Assembly (NCBI GenBank): GCA_040954595.2
Contig: CM082577.2
Span: 20,434,303 to 20,498,302, forward strand
Length of the DNA stretch: 64,000 bases
Reading direction: 5' to 3'
Origin: Balanoglossus misakiensis
Lineage: Eukaryota > Animalia > Hemichordata
The position numbers and the translations under genes were made by a program. Positions 9,601 to 24,103 of this stretch are shown in pieces; positions within the stretch are counted from its first letter, which is position 1, and every line of letters starts with the position of its first letter. The notes under the pieces were generated by a model. The model had not been told where the DNA came from. It did not search any database and saw only the letters and a program-made list of their open reading frames with translations.

Positions 9601-12600
9601 TAACACATAGCCCGACTTGGCTAATTTTGTGGGTAACCGATCGACTTTCCATAGCTTATAAGGCAAGTGGGATAAAAAAATATGGTTTGTTTTGTTCTGC
9701 AAAAAGTGTTTTTAGAATTCAGGCACTTTCAGAAAAGGAAGAAACGGACACTTGCGACAAAAATGTTATCCATCAGGCTACTCTTTAATGGAAAAGTTGG
9801 AAAAAATGAAGCCTACAGCACGTAGTATTCCCAGGCGGTCTCCCATCCAAGTACTAACTACGCCCAACGCAGGTTTGCTTCGGTGATCAGACGAGAACCG
9901 GCTTATTCTACGTGGTATGGCCGTAGGCGAAAGATGGTTGAATTTCTCCTACTATAAACCTGAATCCTACACCATTGAACACATAGCCCGACTTGGCTAA
10001 TTTTTGTGGGTAACCGATCGACCTTCCATAGCTTATAAGGCAAGTGGGATAAAAAAATATGGTTTGTTTTGTTCTGCAAAAAGTGTTTTTAGAATTCAGG
10101 CACTTTCAGAAAAGGAAGAAACGGACACTTGCGACAAAAATGTTATCCATCAGGCTACTCTTTAATGGAAAAGTTGGAAAAAAAAATGAAGCCTACAGCA
10201 CGTAGTATTCCCAGGCGGTCTCCCATCCAAGTACTAACTACGCCCAACGCAGGTTTGCTTCGGTGATCAGACGAGAACCGGCTTATTCTACGTGGTATGG
10301 CCGTAGGCGAAAGATGGTTGATTTTCTCCTACTATAAACCTGAATCCTACACCATTGAACACATAGCCCGACTTGGCTAATTTTTGTGGGTAACCGATCG
10401 ACCTTCCATAGCTTATAAGGCAAGTGGGATAAAAAAAATATGGTTTGTTTTGTTCTGCAAAAAGTGTTTTTAGAATTCAGGCACTTTCAGAAAAGGAAGA
10501 AACGGACACTTGCGACAAAAATGTTATCCATCAGGCTACTCTTTAATGGAAAAGTTGGAAAAAAAATGAAGCCTACAGCACGTAGTATTCCCAGGCGGTC
10601 TCCCATCCAAGTACTAACTACGCCCAACGCAGGTTTGCTTCGGTGATCAGACGAGAACCGGCTTATTCTACGTGGTATGGCCGTAGGCGAAAGATGGTTG
10701 AATTTCTCCTACTATAAACCTGAATCCTACTCCATTGAACACATAGCCCGACTTGGCTAATTTTGTGGGTAACCGATCGACCTTCCATAGCTTATAAGGC
10801 TAGTGGGATAAAAAAATATGGTTTGTTTTGTTCTGCAAAAAGTGTTTTTAGAATTCAGGCACTTTCAGAAAAGGAAGAAACGGACACTTGCGACAAAAAT
10901 GTTATCCATCAGGCTACTCTTTAATGGAAAAGTTGGAAAAAAATGAAGCCTACAGCACGTAGTATTCCCAGGCGGTCTCCCATCCAAGTACTAACTACGC
11001 CCAACGCAGGTTTGCTTCGGTGATCAGACGAGAACCGGCTTATTCTACGTGGTATGGCCGTAGGCGAAAGATGGTTGAATTTCTCCTACTATAAACCTGA
11101 ATCCTACACCATTGAACACATAGCCCAACTTGGCTAATTTTTGTTGGTAACCGATCGACCTTCCATAGCTTATAAGGCAAGTGGGATAAAAAATATGGTT
11201 TGTTTTGTTCTGCAAAAAGTGTTTTTAGAATTCAGGCACTTTCAGAAAAGGAAGAAACGGACACTTGCGACAAAAATGTTATCCATCAGGCTACTCTTTA
11301 ATGGAAAAGTTGGAAAAAAAATGAAGCCTACAGCACGTAGTATTCCCAGGCGGTCTCCCATCCAAGTACTAACTACGCCCAACGCAGGTTTGCTTCGGTG
11401 ATCAGACGAGAACCGGCTTATTCTACGTGGTATGGCCGTAGGCGAAAGATGGTTGAATTTCTCCTACTATAAACCTGAATCCTACACCATTGAACACATA
11501 GCCCGACTTGGCTAATTTTGTGGGTAACCGATCGACCTTCCATAGCTTATAAGGCAAGTGGGATAAAAAAATATGGTTTGTTTTGTTCTGCAAAAAGTGT
11601 TTTTAGAATTCAGGCACTTTCAGAAAAGGAAGAAACGGACACTTGCGACAAAAATGTTATCCATCAGGCTACTCTTTAATGGAAAAGTTGGAAAAAAATG
11701 AAGCCTACAGCACGTAGTATTCCCAGGCGGTCTCCCATCCAAGTACTAACTACGCCCAACGCAGGTTTGCTTCGGTGATCAGACGAGAACCGGCTTATTC
11801 TACGTGGTATGGCCGTAGGCGAAAGATGGTTGAATTTCTCCTACTATAAACCTGAATCCTACACCATTGAACACATAGCCCGACTTGGCTAATTTTGTGG
11901 GTAACCGATCGACCTTCCATAGCTTATAAGGCAAGTGGGATAAAAAAATATGGTTTGTTTTGTTCTGCAAAAAGTGTTTTTAGAATTCAGGCACTTTCAG
12001 AAAAGGAAGAAACGGACACTTGCGACAAAAATGTTATCCATCAGGCTACTCTTTAATGGAAAAGTTGGAAAAAATGAAGCCTACAGCACGTTGTATTCCC
12101 AGGCGGTCTCCCATCCAAGTACTAACTACGCCCAACGCAGGTTTGCTTCGGTGATCAGACGAGAACCGGCTTATTCTACGTGGTATGGCCGTAGGCGAAA
12201 GATGGTTGAATTTCTCCTACTATAAACCTGAATCCTACACCATTGAACACATAGCCCGACTTGGCTAATTTTTGTGGGTAACCGATCGACCTTCCATAGC
12301 TTATAAGGCAAGTGGGATAAAAAAATATGGTTTGTTTTGTTCTGCAAAAAGTGTTTTTAGAATTCAGGCACTTTCAGAAAAGGAAGAAACGGACACTTGC
12401 GACAAAAATGTTATCCATCAGGCTACTCTTTAATGGAAAAGTTGGAAAAAAAATGAAGCCTACAGCACATAGTATTCCCAGGCGGTCTCCCATCCAAGTA
12501 CTAACTACGCCCAACGCAGGTTTGCTTCGGTGATCAGACGAGAACCGGCTTATTCTACGTGGTATGGCCGTAGGCGAAAGATGGTTGATTTTCTCCTACT

Positions 12601-15600
12601 ATAAACCTGAATCCTACACCATTGAACACATAGCCCGACTTGGCTAATTTTTGTGGGTAACCGATCGACCTTCCATAGCTTATAAGGCAAGTGGGATAAA
12701 AAAATATGGTTTGTTTTGTTCTGCAAAAAGTGTTTTTAGAATTCAGGCACTTTCAGAAAAGGAAGAAACGGACACTTGCGACAAAAATGTTATCCATCAG
12801 GCTACTCTTTAATGGAAAAGTTGGAAAAAAAATGAAGCCTACAGCACGTAGTATTCCCAGGCGGTCTCCCATCCAAGTACTAACTACGCCCAACGCAGGT
12901 TTGCTTCGGTGATCAGACGAGAACCGGCTTATTCTACATGGTATGGCCGTAGGCGAAAGATGGTTGAATTTCTCCTACTATAAACCTGAATCCTACACCA
13001 TTGAACACATAGCCCGACTTGGCTAATTTTTGTGGGTAACCGATCGACCTTCCATAGCTTATAAGGCAAGTGGAATAAAAAAATATGGTTTGTTTTGTTC
13101 TGCAAAAAGTGTTTTTAGAATTCAGGCACTTTCAGAAAAGGAAGAAACGGACACTTGCGACAAAAATGTTATCCATCAGGCTACTCTTTAATGGAAAAGT
13201 TGGAAAAAAAATGAAGCCTACAGCACGTAGTATTCCCAGGCGGTCTCCCATCCAAGTACTAACTACGCCCAACGCAGGTTTGCTTCGGTGATCAGACGAG
13301 AACCGGCTTATTCTACGTGGTATGGCCGTAGGCGAAAGATGGTTGATTTTCTCCTACTATAAACCTGAATCCTACTCCATTGAACACATAGCCCGACTTG
13401 GCTAATTTTGTGGGTAACCGATCGACCTTCCATAGGTTATAAGGCAAGTGGGATAAAAAAATATGGTTTGTTTTGTTCTGCAAAAAGTGTTTTTAGAATT
13501 CAGGCACTTTCAGAAAAGGAAGAAACGGACACTTGCGACAAAAATGTTATCCATCAGGCTACTCTTTAATGGAAAAGTTGGGGAAAAAAATGAAGCCTAC
13601 AGCACGTAGTATTCCCAGGCGGTCTCCCATCCAAGTACTAAATACGCCCAACGCAGGTTTGCTTCGGTGATCAGATGAGAACCGGCTTATTCTACGTGGT
13701 ATGGCCGTAGGCGAAAGATGGTTGAATTTTTCCTACTATAAACCTGAATCCTACTCCATTGAACACATAGCCCGACTTGGCTAATTTTTGTGGGTAACCG
13801 ATCGACCTTCCATAGCTTATAAGGCAAGTGGGATAAAAAAATATGGTTTGTTTTGTTCTGCAAAAAGTGTTTTTAGAATTCAGGCACTTTCAGAAAAGGA
13901 AGAAACGGACACTTGCGACAAAAATGTTATCCATCAGGCTACTCTTTAATGGAAAAGTTGGAAAAAAAATGAAGCCTACAGCACGTAGTATTCCCAGGCG
14001 GTCTCCCATCCAAGTACTAACTACGCCCAACGCAGGTTTACTTCGGTGATCAGACGAGAACCGGCTTATTCTACGTGGTATGGCCGTAGACGAAAGATGG
14101 TTGAATTTCTCCTACTATAAACCTGAATCCTACACCATTGAACACATAGCCCGACTTGGCTAATTTTTGTGGGTAACCGATCGACCTTCCATAGCTTATA
14201 AGGCAAGTGGGATAAAAAAATATGGTTTGTTTTGTTCTGCAAAAAGTGTTTTTAGAATTCAGGCACTTTCAGAAAAGGAAGAAACGGACACTTGCGACAA
14301 AAATGTTATCCATCAGGCTACTCTTTAATGGAAAAGTTGGAAAAAAAAATGAAGCCTACAGCACGTAGTATTCCCAGGCGGTCTCCCATCCAAGTACTAA
14401 CTACGCCCAACGCAGGTTTGCTTCGGTGATCAGACGAGAACCGGCTTATTCTACGTGGTATGGCCGTAGACGAAAGATGGTTGAATTTCTCCTACTATAA
14501 ACCTGAATCCTACACCATTGAACACATAGCCCGACTTGGCTAATTTTTGTGGGTAACCGATCGACCTTCCATAGCTTATAAGGCAAGTGGGATAAAAAAA
14601 TATGGTTTGTTTTGTTCTGCAAAAAGTGTTTTTAGAATTCAGGCACTTTCAGAAAAGGAAGAAACGGACACTTGCGACAAAAATGTTATCCATCAGGCTA
14701 CTCTTTAATGGAAAAGTTGGAAAAAAAAATGAAGCCTACAGCACGTAGTATTCCCAGGCGGTCTCCCATCCAAGTACTAACTACGCCCAACGCAGGTTTG
14801 CTTCGGTGATCAGACGAGAACCGGCTTATTCTACGTGGTATGGCCGTAGACGAAAGATGGTTGAATTTCTCCTACTATAAACCTGAATCCTACACCATTG
14901 AACACATAGCCCGACTTGGCTAATTTTTGTGGGTAACCGATCGACCTTCCATAGCTTATAAGGCAAGTGGGATAAAAAAATATGGTTTGTTTTGTTCTGC
15001 AAAAAGTGTTTTTAGAATTCAGGCACTTTCAGAAAAGGAAGAAACGGACACTTGCGACAAAAATGTTATCCATCAGGCTACTCTTTAATGGAAAAGTTGG
15101 AAAAAAAATGAAGCCTACTGCACGTAGTATTCCCAGGCGGTCTCCCATCCAAGTACTAACTACGTCCAACGCAGGTTTGCTTCGGTGATCAGACGAGAAC
15201 CGGCTTATTCTACGTGGTATGGCCGTAGGCGAAAGATGGTTGAATTTCTCCTACTATAAACCTGAATCCTACACCATTGAACACATAGCCCGACTTGGCT
15301 AATTTTGTGGGTAACCGATCGACCTTCCATAGCTTATAAGGCAAGTGGGATAAAAAAATATGGTTTGTTTTGTTCTGCAAAAAGTGTTTTTAGAATTCAG
15401 GCACTTTCAGAAAAGGAAGAAACGGACACTTGCGACAAAAATGTTATCCATCAGACTACTCTTTAATGGAAAAGTTGGAAAAAAATGAAGCCTACAGCAT
15501 GTAGTATTCCCAGGCGGTCTCCCATCCAAGTACTAACTACGCCCAACGCAGGTTTGCTTCGGTGATCAGACGAGAACCGGCTTATTCTACGTGGTATGGC

Positions 15601-16618
15601 CGTAGGCGAAAGATGGTTGAATTTCTCCTACTATAAAGCTGAATCCTACACCATTGAACACATAGCCCGACATTGCTAATTTTTGTGGGTAACCGATCGA
15701 CCTTCCATAGCTTATAAGGCAAGTGGGATAAAAAAATATGGTTTGTTTTGTTCTGCAAAAAGTGTTTTTAGAATTCAGGCACTTTCAGAAAAGGATGAAA
15801 CGGACTCTTGCGACAAAAATGTTATCCATCAAGCTACTCTTTAATGGAAAAGTTGGAAAAAAATGAAGCCTACAGCACGTAGTATTCCCAGGTGGTCTCC
15901 CATCCAAGTACTAACTACGCCCAACGCAGGTTTGCTTCGGTGATCAGACGAGAACCGGCTTATTCTACGTGGTATGGCCGTAGGCGAAAGATGGTTGAAT
16001 TTCTCCTACTATAAACCTGAATCCTACACCATTGAACACATAGCCCGACTTGGCTAATTTTGTGGGTAACCGATCGACCTTCCATAGCTTATAAGGCAAG
16101 TGGGTTAAAAAAATATGGTTTGTTTTGTTCTGCAAAAAGTGTTTTTAGAATTCAGGCACTTTCAGAAAAGGAAGAAAAGGACACTTGCGACAAAAATGTT
16201 ATCCATCAGGCTACTCTTTAATGGAAAAGTTGGGGAAAAAAATGAAGCCTACAGCACGTAGTATTCCCAGGCGGTCTCCCATCCAAGTACTAACTACGCC
16301 CAACGCAGGTTTGCTTCGGTGATCAGACGAGAACCGGCTTATTCTACGTGGTATGGCCGTAGGCGAAAGATGGTTGAATTTCTCCTACTATAAACCTGAA
16401 TCCTACTCCATTGAACACATAGCCCGACTTGGCTAATTTTGTGGGTAACCGATCGACCTTCCATAGCTTATAAGGCAAGTGGGATAAAAAAATATGGTTT
16501 GTTTTGTTCTGCAAAAAGTGTTTTTAGAATTCAGGCACTTTCAGAAAAGGAAGAAACGGACACTTGCGACAAAAATGTTATCCATCAGGCTACTCTTTAA
16601 TGGAAAAGTTGGAAAAAA

Positions 16619-16642
16619 ATTCTACGTGGTATGGCCGTAGGC
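16619..16642 (-). pseudogene. 5S pseudogene: nt 1-24 fused directly to the terminator (99-bp deletion)
   Basis: Junction ggaaaaaaat|tctacgtggtatggccgtaggc, with 'at' shared by both breakpoints. Confidence 0.95.
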
Positions 16643-19600
16643 GAAAGATGGTTGAATTTCTCCTACTATAAACCTGAATCCTACACCATTGAACACTTAG
16701 CCCGACTTGGCTAATTTTGTGGGTAACCGATCGACCTTCCATAGCTTATAAGGCAAGTGGGATAAAAAAATATGGTTTGTTTTGTTCTGCAAAAAGTGTT
16801 TTTAGAATTCAGGCACTTTCAGAAAAGGAAGAAACGGACACTTGCGACAAAAATGTTATCCATCAAGCTACTCTTTAATGGAAAAGTTGGAAAAAAATGA
16901 AGCCTACAGCACGTAGTATTCCCAGGCGGTCTCCCATCCAAGTACTAACTACGCCCAACGCAGGTTTGCTTCGGTGATCAGACGAGAACCGGCTTATTCT
17001 ACGTGGTATGGCCGTAGGCGAAAGATGGTTGAATTTCTCCTACTATAAACCTGAATCCTACACCATTGAACACATAGCCCGACTTGGCTAATTTTTGTGG
17101 GTAACCGATCGACCTTCCATAGCTTATAAGGCAAGTGGGATAAAAAAATATGGTTTGTTTTGTTCTGCAAAAAGTGTTTTTTAGAATTCAGGCACTTTCA
17201 GAAAAGGAAGAAACGGACACTTGCGACAAAAATGTTATCCATCAGGCTACTCTTTAATGGAAAAGTTGGAAAAAAATGAAGCCTACAGCACGTAGTATTC
17301 CCAGGCGATCTCCCATCCAAGTACTAACTACGCCCAACGCAGGTTTGCTTCGGTGATCAGACGAGAACCGGCTTATTCTACGTGGTATGGCCGTAGGCGA
17401 AAGATGGTTGAATTTCTCCTACTATAAACCTGAATCCTACACCATTGAACACATAGCCCGACTTGGCTAATTTTTGTGGGTAACCGATCGACCTTCCATA
17501 GCTTATAAGGCAAGTGGGATAAAAAAATATGGTTTGTTTTGTTCTGCAAAAAGTGTTTTTAGAATTCAGGCACTTTCAGAAAAGGAAGAAACGGACACTT
17601 GCGACAAAAATGTTATCCATCAGGCTACTCTTTAATGGAAAAGTTGGAAAAAAAATGAAGCCTACAGCACGTAGTATTCCCAGGCGGTCTCCCATCCAAG
17701 TACTAACTACGCCCAACGCAGGTTTGCTTCGGTGATCAGACGAGAACCGGCTTATTCTACGTGGTATGGCCGTAGGCGAAAGATGGTTGAATTTCTCCTA
17801 CTATAAACCTGAATCCTACACCATTGAACACATAGCCCGACTTGGCTAATTTTTGTGGGTAACCGATCGACCTTCCATAGCTTATAAGGCAAGTGGGATA
17901 AAAAAATATGGTTTGTTTTGTTCTGCAAAAAGTGATTTTAGAATTCAGGCACTTTCAGAAAAGGAAGAAACGGACACTTGCGACAAAAATGTTATCCATC
18001 AGGCTACTCTTTAATGGAAAAGTTGGAAAAAAATGAAGCCTACAGCACGTAGTATTCCCAGGCGGTCTCCCATCCAAGTACTAACTACGCCCAACGCAGG
18101 TTTGCTTCGGTGATCAGACGAGAACCGGCTTATTCTACGTGGTATGGCCGTAGGCGAAAGATGGTTGAATTTCTCCTACTATAAACCTGAATCCTACACC
18201 ATTGAACACATAGCCCGACTTGGCTAATTTTTGTGGGTAACCGATCGACCTTCCATAGCTTATAAGGCAAGTGGGATAAAAAAATATGGTTTGTTTTGTT
18301 CTGCAAAAAGTGATTTTAGAATTCAGGCACTTTCAGAAAAGGAAGAAACGGACACTTGCGACAAAAATGTTATCCATCAGGCTACTCTTTAATGGAAAAG
18401 TTGGAAAAAAATGAAGCCTACAGCACGTAGTATTCCCAGGCGGTCTCCCATCCAAGTACTAACTACGCCCAACGCAGGTTTGCTTCGGTGATCAGACGAG
18501 AACCGGCTTATTCTACGTGGTATGGCCGTAGGCGAAAGATGGTTGAATTTCTCCTACTATAAACCTGAATCCTACACCATTGAACACATAGCCCGACTTG
18601 GCTAATTTTGTGGGTAACCGATCGACCTTCCATAGCTTATAAGGCAAGTGGGATAAAAAAATATGGTTTGTTTTGTTCTGCAAAAAGTGTTTTTAGAATT
18701 CAGGCACTTTCAGAAAAGGAAGAAACGGACACTTGCGACAAAAATGTTATCCATCAGGCTACTCTTTAATGGAAAAGTTGGAAAAAAATGAAGCCTACAG
18801 CACGTAGTATTCCCAGGCGGTCTCCCATCCAAGTACTAACTACGCCCAACGCAGGTTTGCTTCGGTGATCAGACGAGAACCGGCTTATTCTACGTGGTAT
18901 GGCCGTAGGCGAAAGATGGTTGAATTTCTCCTACTATAAACCTGAATCCTACACCATTGAACACATAGCCCGACTTGGCTAATTTTGGTGGGTAACCGAT
19001 CGACCTTCCATAGCTTATAAGGCAAGTGGGATAAAAAATATGGTTTGTTTTGTTCTGCAAAAAGTGTTTTTAGAATTCAGGCACTTTCAGAAAAGGAAGA
19101 AACGGACACTTGCGACAAAAATGTTATCCATCAGGCTACTCTTTAATGGAAAAGTTGGAAAAAAATGAAGCCTACAGCACGTAGTATTCCCAGGCGGTCT
19201 CCCATCCAAGTACTAATTACGCCCAACGCAGGTTTGCTTCGGTGATCAGACGAGAACCGGCTTATTCTACGTGGTATGGCCGTAGGCGAAAGATGGTTGA
19301 ATTTCTCCTACTATAAACCTGAATCCTACACCATTGAACACATAGCCCGACTTGGCTAATTTTTGTGGGTAACCGATCGACCTTCCATAGCTTATAAGGC
19401 AAGTGGGATAAAAAAATATGGTTTGTTTTGTTCTGCAAAAAGTGTTTTTAGAATTCAGGCACTTTCAGAAAAGGAAGAAACGGACACTTGCGACAAAAAT
19501 GTTATCCATCAGGCTACTCTTTAATGGAAAAGTTGGAAAAAAATGAAGCCTACAGCACGTAGTATTCCCAGGCGGTCTCCCATCCAAGTACTAACTACGC

Positions 19601-22600
19601 CCAACGCAGGTTTGCTTCGGTGATCAGACGAGAACCGGCTTATTCTACGTGGTATGGCCGTAGGCGAAAGATGGTTGAATTTCTCCTACTATAAACCTGA
19701 ATCCTACACCATTGAACACATAGCCCGACTTGGCTAATTTTTGTGGGTAACCGATCGACCTTCCATAGCTTATAAGGCAAGTGGGATAAAAAAATATGGT
19801 TTGTTTTGTTCTGCAAAAAGTGTTTTTAGAATTCAGGCACTTTCAGAAAAGGAAGAAACGGACACTTGCGACAAAAATGTTATCCATCAGGCTACTCTTT
19901 AATGGAAAAGTTGGAAAAAAAATGAAGCCTACAGCACGTAGTATTCCCAGGCGGTCTCCCATCCAAGTACTAACTACGCCCAACGCAGGTTTGCTTCGGT
20001 GATCAGACGAGAACCGGCTTATTCTACGTGGTATGGCCGTAGGCGAAAGATGGTTGAATTTCTCCTACTATAAACCTGAATCCTACACCATTGAACACAT
20101 AGCCCGACTTGGCTAATTTTTGTGGGTAACCGATCGACCTTCCATAGCTTATAAGGCAAGTGGGATAAAAAAATATGGTTTGTTTTGTTCTGCAAAAAGT
20201 GTTTTTAGAATTCAGGCACTTTCAGAAAAGGAAGAAACGGACATTTGCGACAAAAATGTTATCCATCAGGCTACTCTTTAATGGAAAAGTTGGAAAAAAA
20301 TGAAGCCTACAGCACGTAGTATTCCCAGGCGGTCTCCCATCCAAGTACTAACTACGCCCAACGCAGGTTTGCTTCGGTGATCAGACGAGAACCGGCTTAT
20401 TCTACGTGGTATGGCCGTAGGCGAAAGATGGTTGAATTTCTCCTACTATAAACCTGAATCCTACACCATTGAACACATAGCCCGACTTGGCTAATTTTTG
20501 TGGGTAACCGATCGACCTTCCATAGCTTATAAGGCAAGTGGGATAAAAAAATATGGTTTGTTTTGTTCTGCAAAAAGTGTTTTTAGAATTCAGGCACTTT
20601 CAGAAAAGGAAGAAACGGACATTTGCGACAAAAATGTTATCCATCAGGCTACTCTTTAATGGAAAAGTTGGAAAAAAATGAAGCCTACAGCACGTAGTAT
20701 TCCCAGGCGGTCTCCCATCCAAGTACTAACTACGCCCAACGCAGGTTTGCTTCGGTGATCAGACGAGAACCGGCTTATTCTACGTGGTATGGCCGTAGGC
20801 GAAAGATGGTTGAATTTCTCCTACTATAAACCTGAATCCTACACCATTGAACACATAGCCCGACTTGGCTAATTTTTGTGGGTAACCGATCGACCTTCCA
20901 TAGCTTATAAGGCAAGTGGGATAAAAAAATATGGTTTGTTTTGTTCTGCAAAAAGTGTTTTTAGAATTCAGGCACTTTCAGAAAAGGAAGAAACGGACAC
21001 TTGCGACAAAAATGTTATCCATCAGGCTACTCTTTAATGGAAAAGTTGGAAAAAAAATGAAGCCTACAGCACGTAGTATTCCCAGGCGGTCTCCCATCCA
21101 AGTACTAACTACGCCCAACGCAGGTTTGCTTCGGTGATCAGACGAGAACCGGCTTATTCTACGTGGTATGGCCGTAGGCGAAAGATGGTTGAATTTCTCC
21201 TACTATAAACCTGAATCCTACACCATTGAACACATAGCCCGACTTGGCTAATTTTTGTGGGTAACCGATCGACCTTCCATAGCTTATAAGGCAAGTGGGA
21301 TAAAAAAATATGGTTTGTTTTGTTCTGCAAAAAGTGTTTTTAGAATTCAGGCACTTTCAGAAAAGGAAGAAACGGACATTTGCGACAAAAATGTTATCCA
21401 TCAGGCTACTCTTTAATGGAAAAGTTGGAAAAAAATGAAGCCTACAGCACGTAGTATTCCCAGGCGGTCTCCCATCCAAGTACTAACTACGCCCAACGCA
21501 GGTTTGCTTCGGTGATCAGACGAGAACCGGCTTATTCTACGTGGTATGGCCGTAGGCGAAAGATGGTTGAATTTCTCCTACTATAAACCTGAATCCTACA
21601 CCATTGAACACATAGCCCGACTTGGCTAATTTTTGTGGGTAACCGATCGACCTTCCATAGCTTATAAGGCAAGTGGGATAAAAAAATATGGTTTGTTTTG
21701 TTCTGCAAAAAGTGTTTTTAGAATTCAGGCACTTTCAGAAAAGGAAGAAACGGACACTTGCGACAAAAATGTTATCCATCAGGCTACTCTTTAATGGAAA
21801 AGTTGGAAAAAAATGAAGCCTACAGCACGTAGTATTCCCAGGCGGTCTCCCATCCAAGTACTAACTACGCCCAACGCAGGTTTGCTTCGGTGATCAGACG
21901 AGAACCGGCTTATTCTACGTGGTATGGCCGTAGGCGAAAGATGGTTGAATTTCTCCTACTATAAACCTGAATCCTACACCATTGAACACATAGCCCGACT
22001 TGGTTAATTTTTGTGGGTAACCGATCGACCTTCCATAGCTTATAAGGCAAGTGGGATAAAAAAATATGGTTTGTTTTGTTCTGCAAAAAGTGTTTTTAGA
22101 ATTCAGGCACTTTCAGAAAAGGAAGAAACGGACACTTGCGACAAAAATGTTATCCATCAGGCTACTCTTTAATGGAAAAGTTGGAAAAAAATGAAGCCTA
22201 CAGCACGTAGTATTCCCAGGCGGTCTCCCATCCAAGTACTAACTACGCCCAACGCAGGTTTGCTTCGGTGATCAGACGAGAACCGGCTTATTCTACGTGG
22301 TATGGCCGTAGACGAAAGATGGTTGAATTTCTCCTACTATAAACCTGAATCCTACTCCATTGAACACATAGCCCGACTTGGCTAATTTTGTGGGTAACCG
22401 ATCGACCTTCCATAGCTTATAAGGCAAGTGGGATAAAAAAATATGGTTTGTTTTGTTCTGCAAAAAGTGTTTTTAGAATTCAGGCACTTTCAGAAAAGGA
22501 AGAAACGGACACTTGCGACAAAAATGTTATCCATCAGGCTACTCTTTAATGGAAAAGTTGGAAAAAAATGAAGCCTACAGCATGTAGTATTCCCAGGCGG

Positions 22601-24079
22601 TCTCCCATCCAAGTACTAACTACGCCCAACGCAGGTTTGCTTCGGTGATCAGACGAGAACCGGCTTATTCTACGTGGTATGGCCGTAGGCGAAAGATGGT
22701 TGAATTTCTCCTACTATAAACCTGAATCCTACACCATTGAACACATAGCCCGACATGGCTAATTTTTGTGGGTAACCGATCGACCTTCCATAGCTTATAA
22801 GGCAAGTGGGATAAAAAAATATGGTTTGTTTTGTTCTGCAAAAAGTGTTTTTAGAATTCAGGCACTTTCAGAAAAGGAAGAAACGGACACTTGCGACAAA
22901 AATGTTATCCATCAGGCTACTCTTTAATGGAAAAGTTGGAAAAAAATGAAGCCTACAGCACGTAGTATTCCCAGGCGGTCTCCCATCCAAGTACTAACTA
23001 CGCCCAACGCAGGTTTGCTTCGGTGATCAGACGAGAACCGGCTTATTCTACGTGGTATGGCCGTAGGCGAAAGATGGTTGAATTTCTCCTACTATAAACC
23101 TGAATCCTACACCATTGAACACATAGCCCGACATGGCTAATTTTTGTGGGTAACCGATCGACCTTCCATAGCTTATAAGGCAAGTGGGATAAAAAAATAT
23201 GGTTTGTTTTGTTCTGCAAAAAGTGTTTTTAGAATTCAGGCACTTTCAGAAAAGGAAGAAACGGACACTTGCGACAAAAATGTTATCCATCAAGCTACTC
23301 TTTAATGGAAAAGTTGGAAAAAAATGAAGCCTACAGCACGTAGTATTCCCAGGCGGTCTCCCATCCAAGTACTAACTACGCCCAACGCAGGTTTGCTTCG
23401 GTGATCAGACGAGAACCGGCTTATTCTACGTGGTATGGCCGTAGGCGAAAGATGGTTGAATTTCTCCTACTATAAACCTGAATCCTACACCATTGAACAC
23501 ATAGCCCGACTTGGCTAATTTTGTGGGTAACCGATCGACCTTCCATAGCTTATAAGGCAAGTGGGATAAAAAAATATGGTTTGTTTTGTTCTGCAAAAAG
23601 TGTTTTTAGAATTCAGGCAATTTCAGAAAAGGAAGAAACGGACACTTGCGACAAAAATGTTATCCATCAGGCTACTCTTTAATGGAAAAGTTGGGGAAAA
23701 AAATGAAGCCTACAGCACGTAGTATTCCCAGGCGGTCTCCCATCCAAGTACTAACTACGCCCAACGCAGGTTTGCTTCGGTGATCAGACGAGAACCGGCT
23801 TATTCTACGTGGTATGGCCGTAGGGGAAAGATGGTTGAATTTCTCCTACTATAAACCTGAATCCTACTCCATTGAACACATAGCCCGACTTGGCTAATTT
23901 TGTGGGTAACCGATCGACCTTCCATAGCTTATAAGGCAAGTGGGATAAAAAAATATGGTTTGTTTTGTTCTGCAAAAAGTGTTTTTAGAATTCAGGCACT
24001 TTCAGAAAAGGAAGAAACGGACACTTGCGACAAAAATGTTATCCATCAGGCTACTCTTTAATGGAAAAGTTGGAAAAAA

Positions 24080-24103
24080 ATTCTACGTGGTATGGCCGTA
24101 GGC
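24080..24103 (-). pseudogene. Second copy of the same 99-bp-deleted 5S pseudogene
   Basis: Identical junction ggaaaaaaattctacgtgg. Confidence 0.95.
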
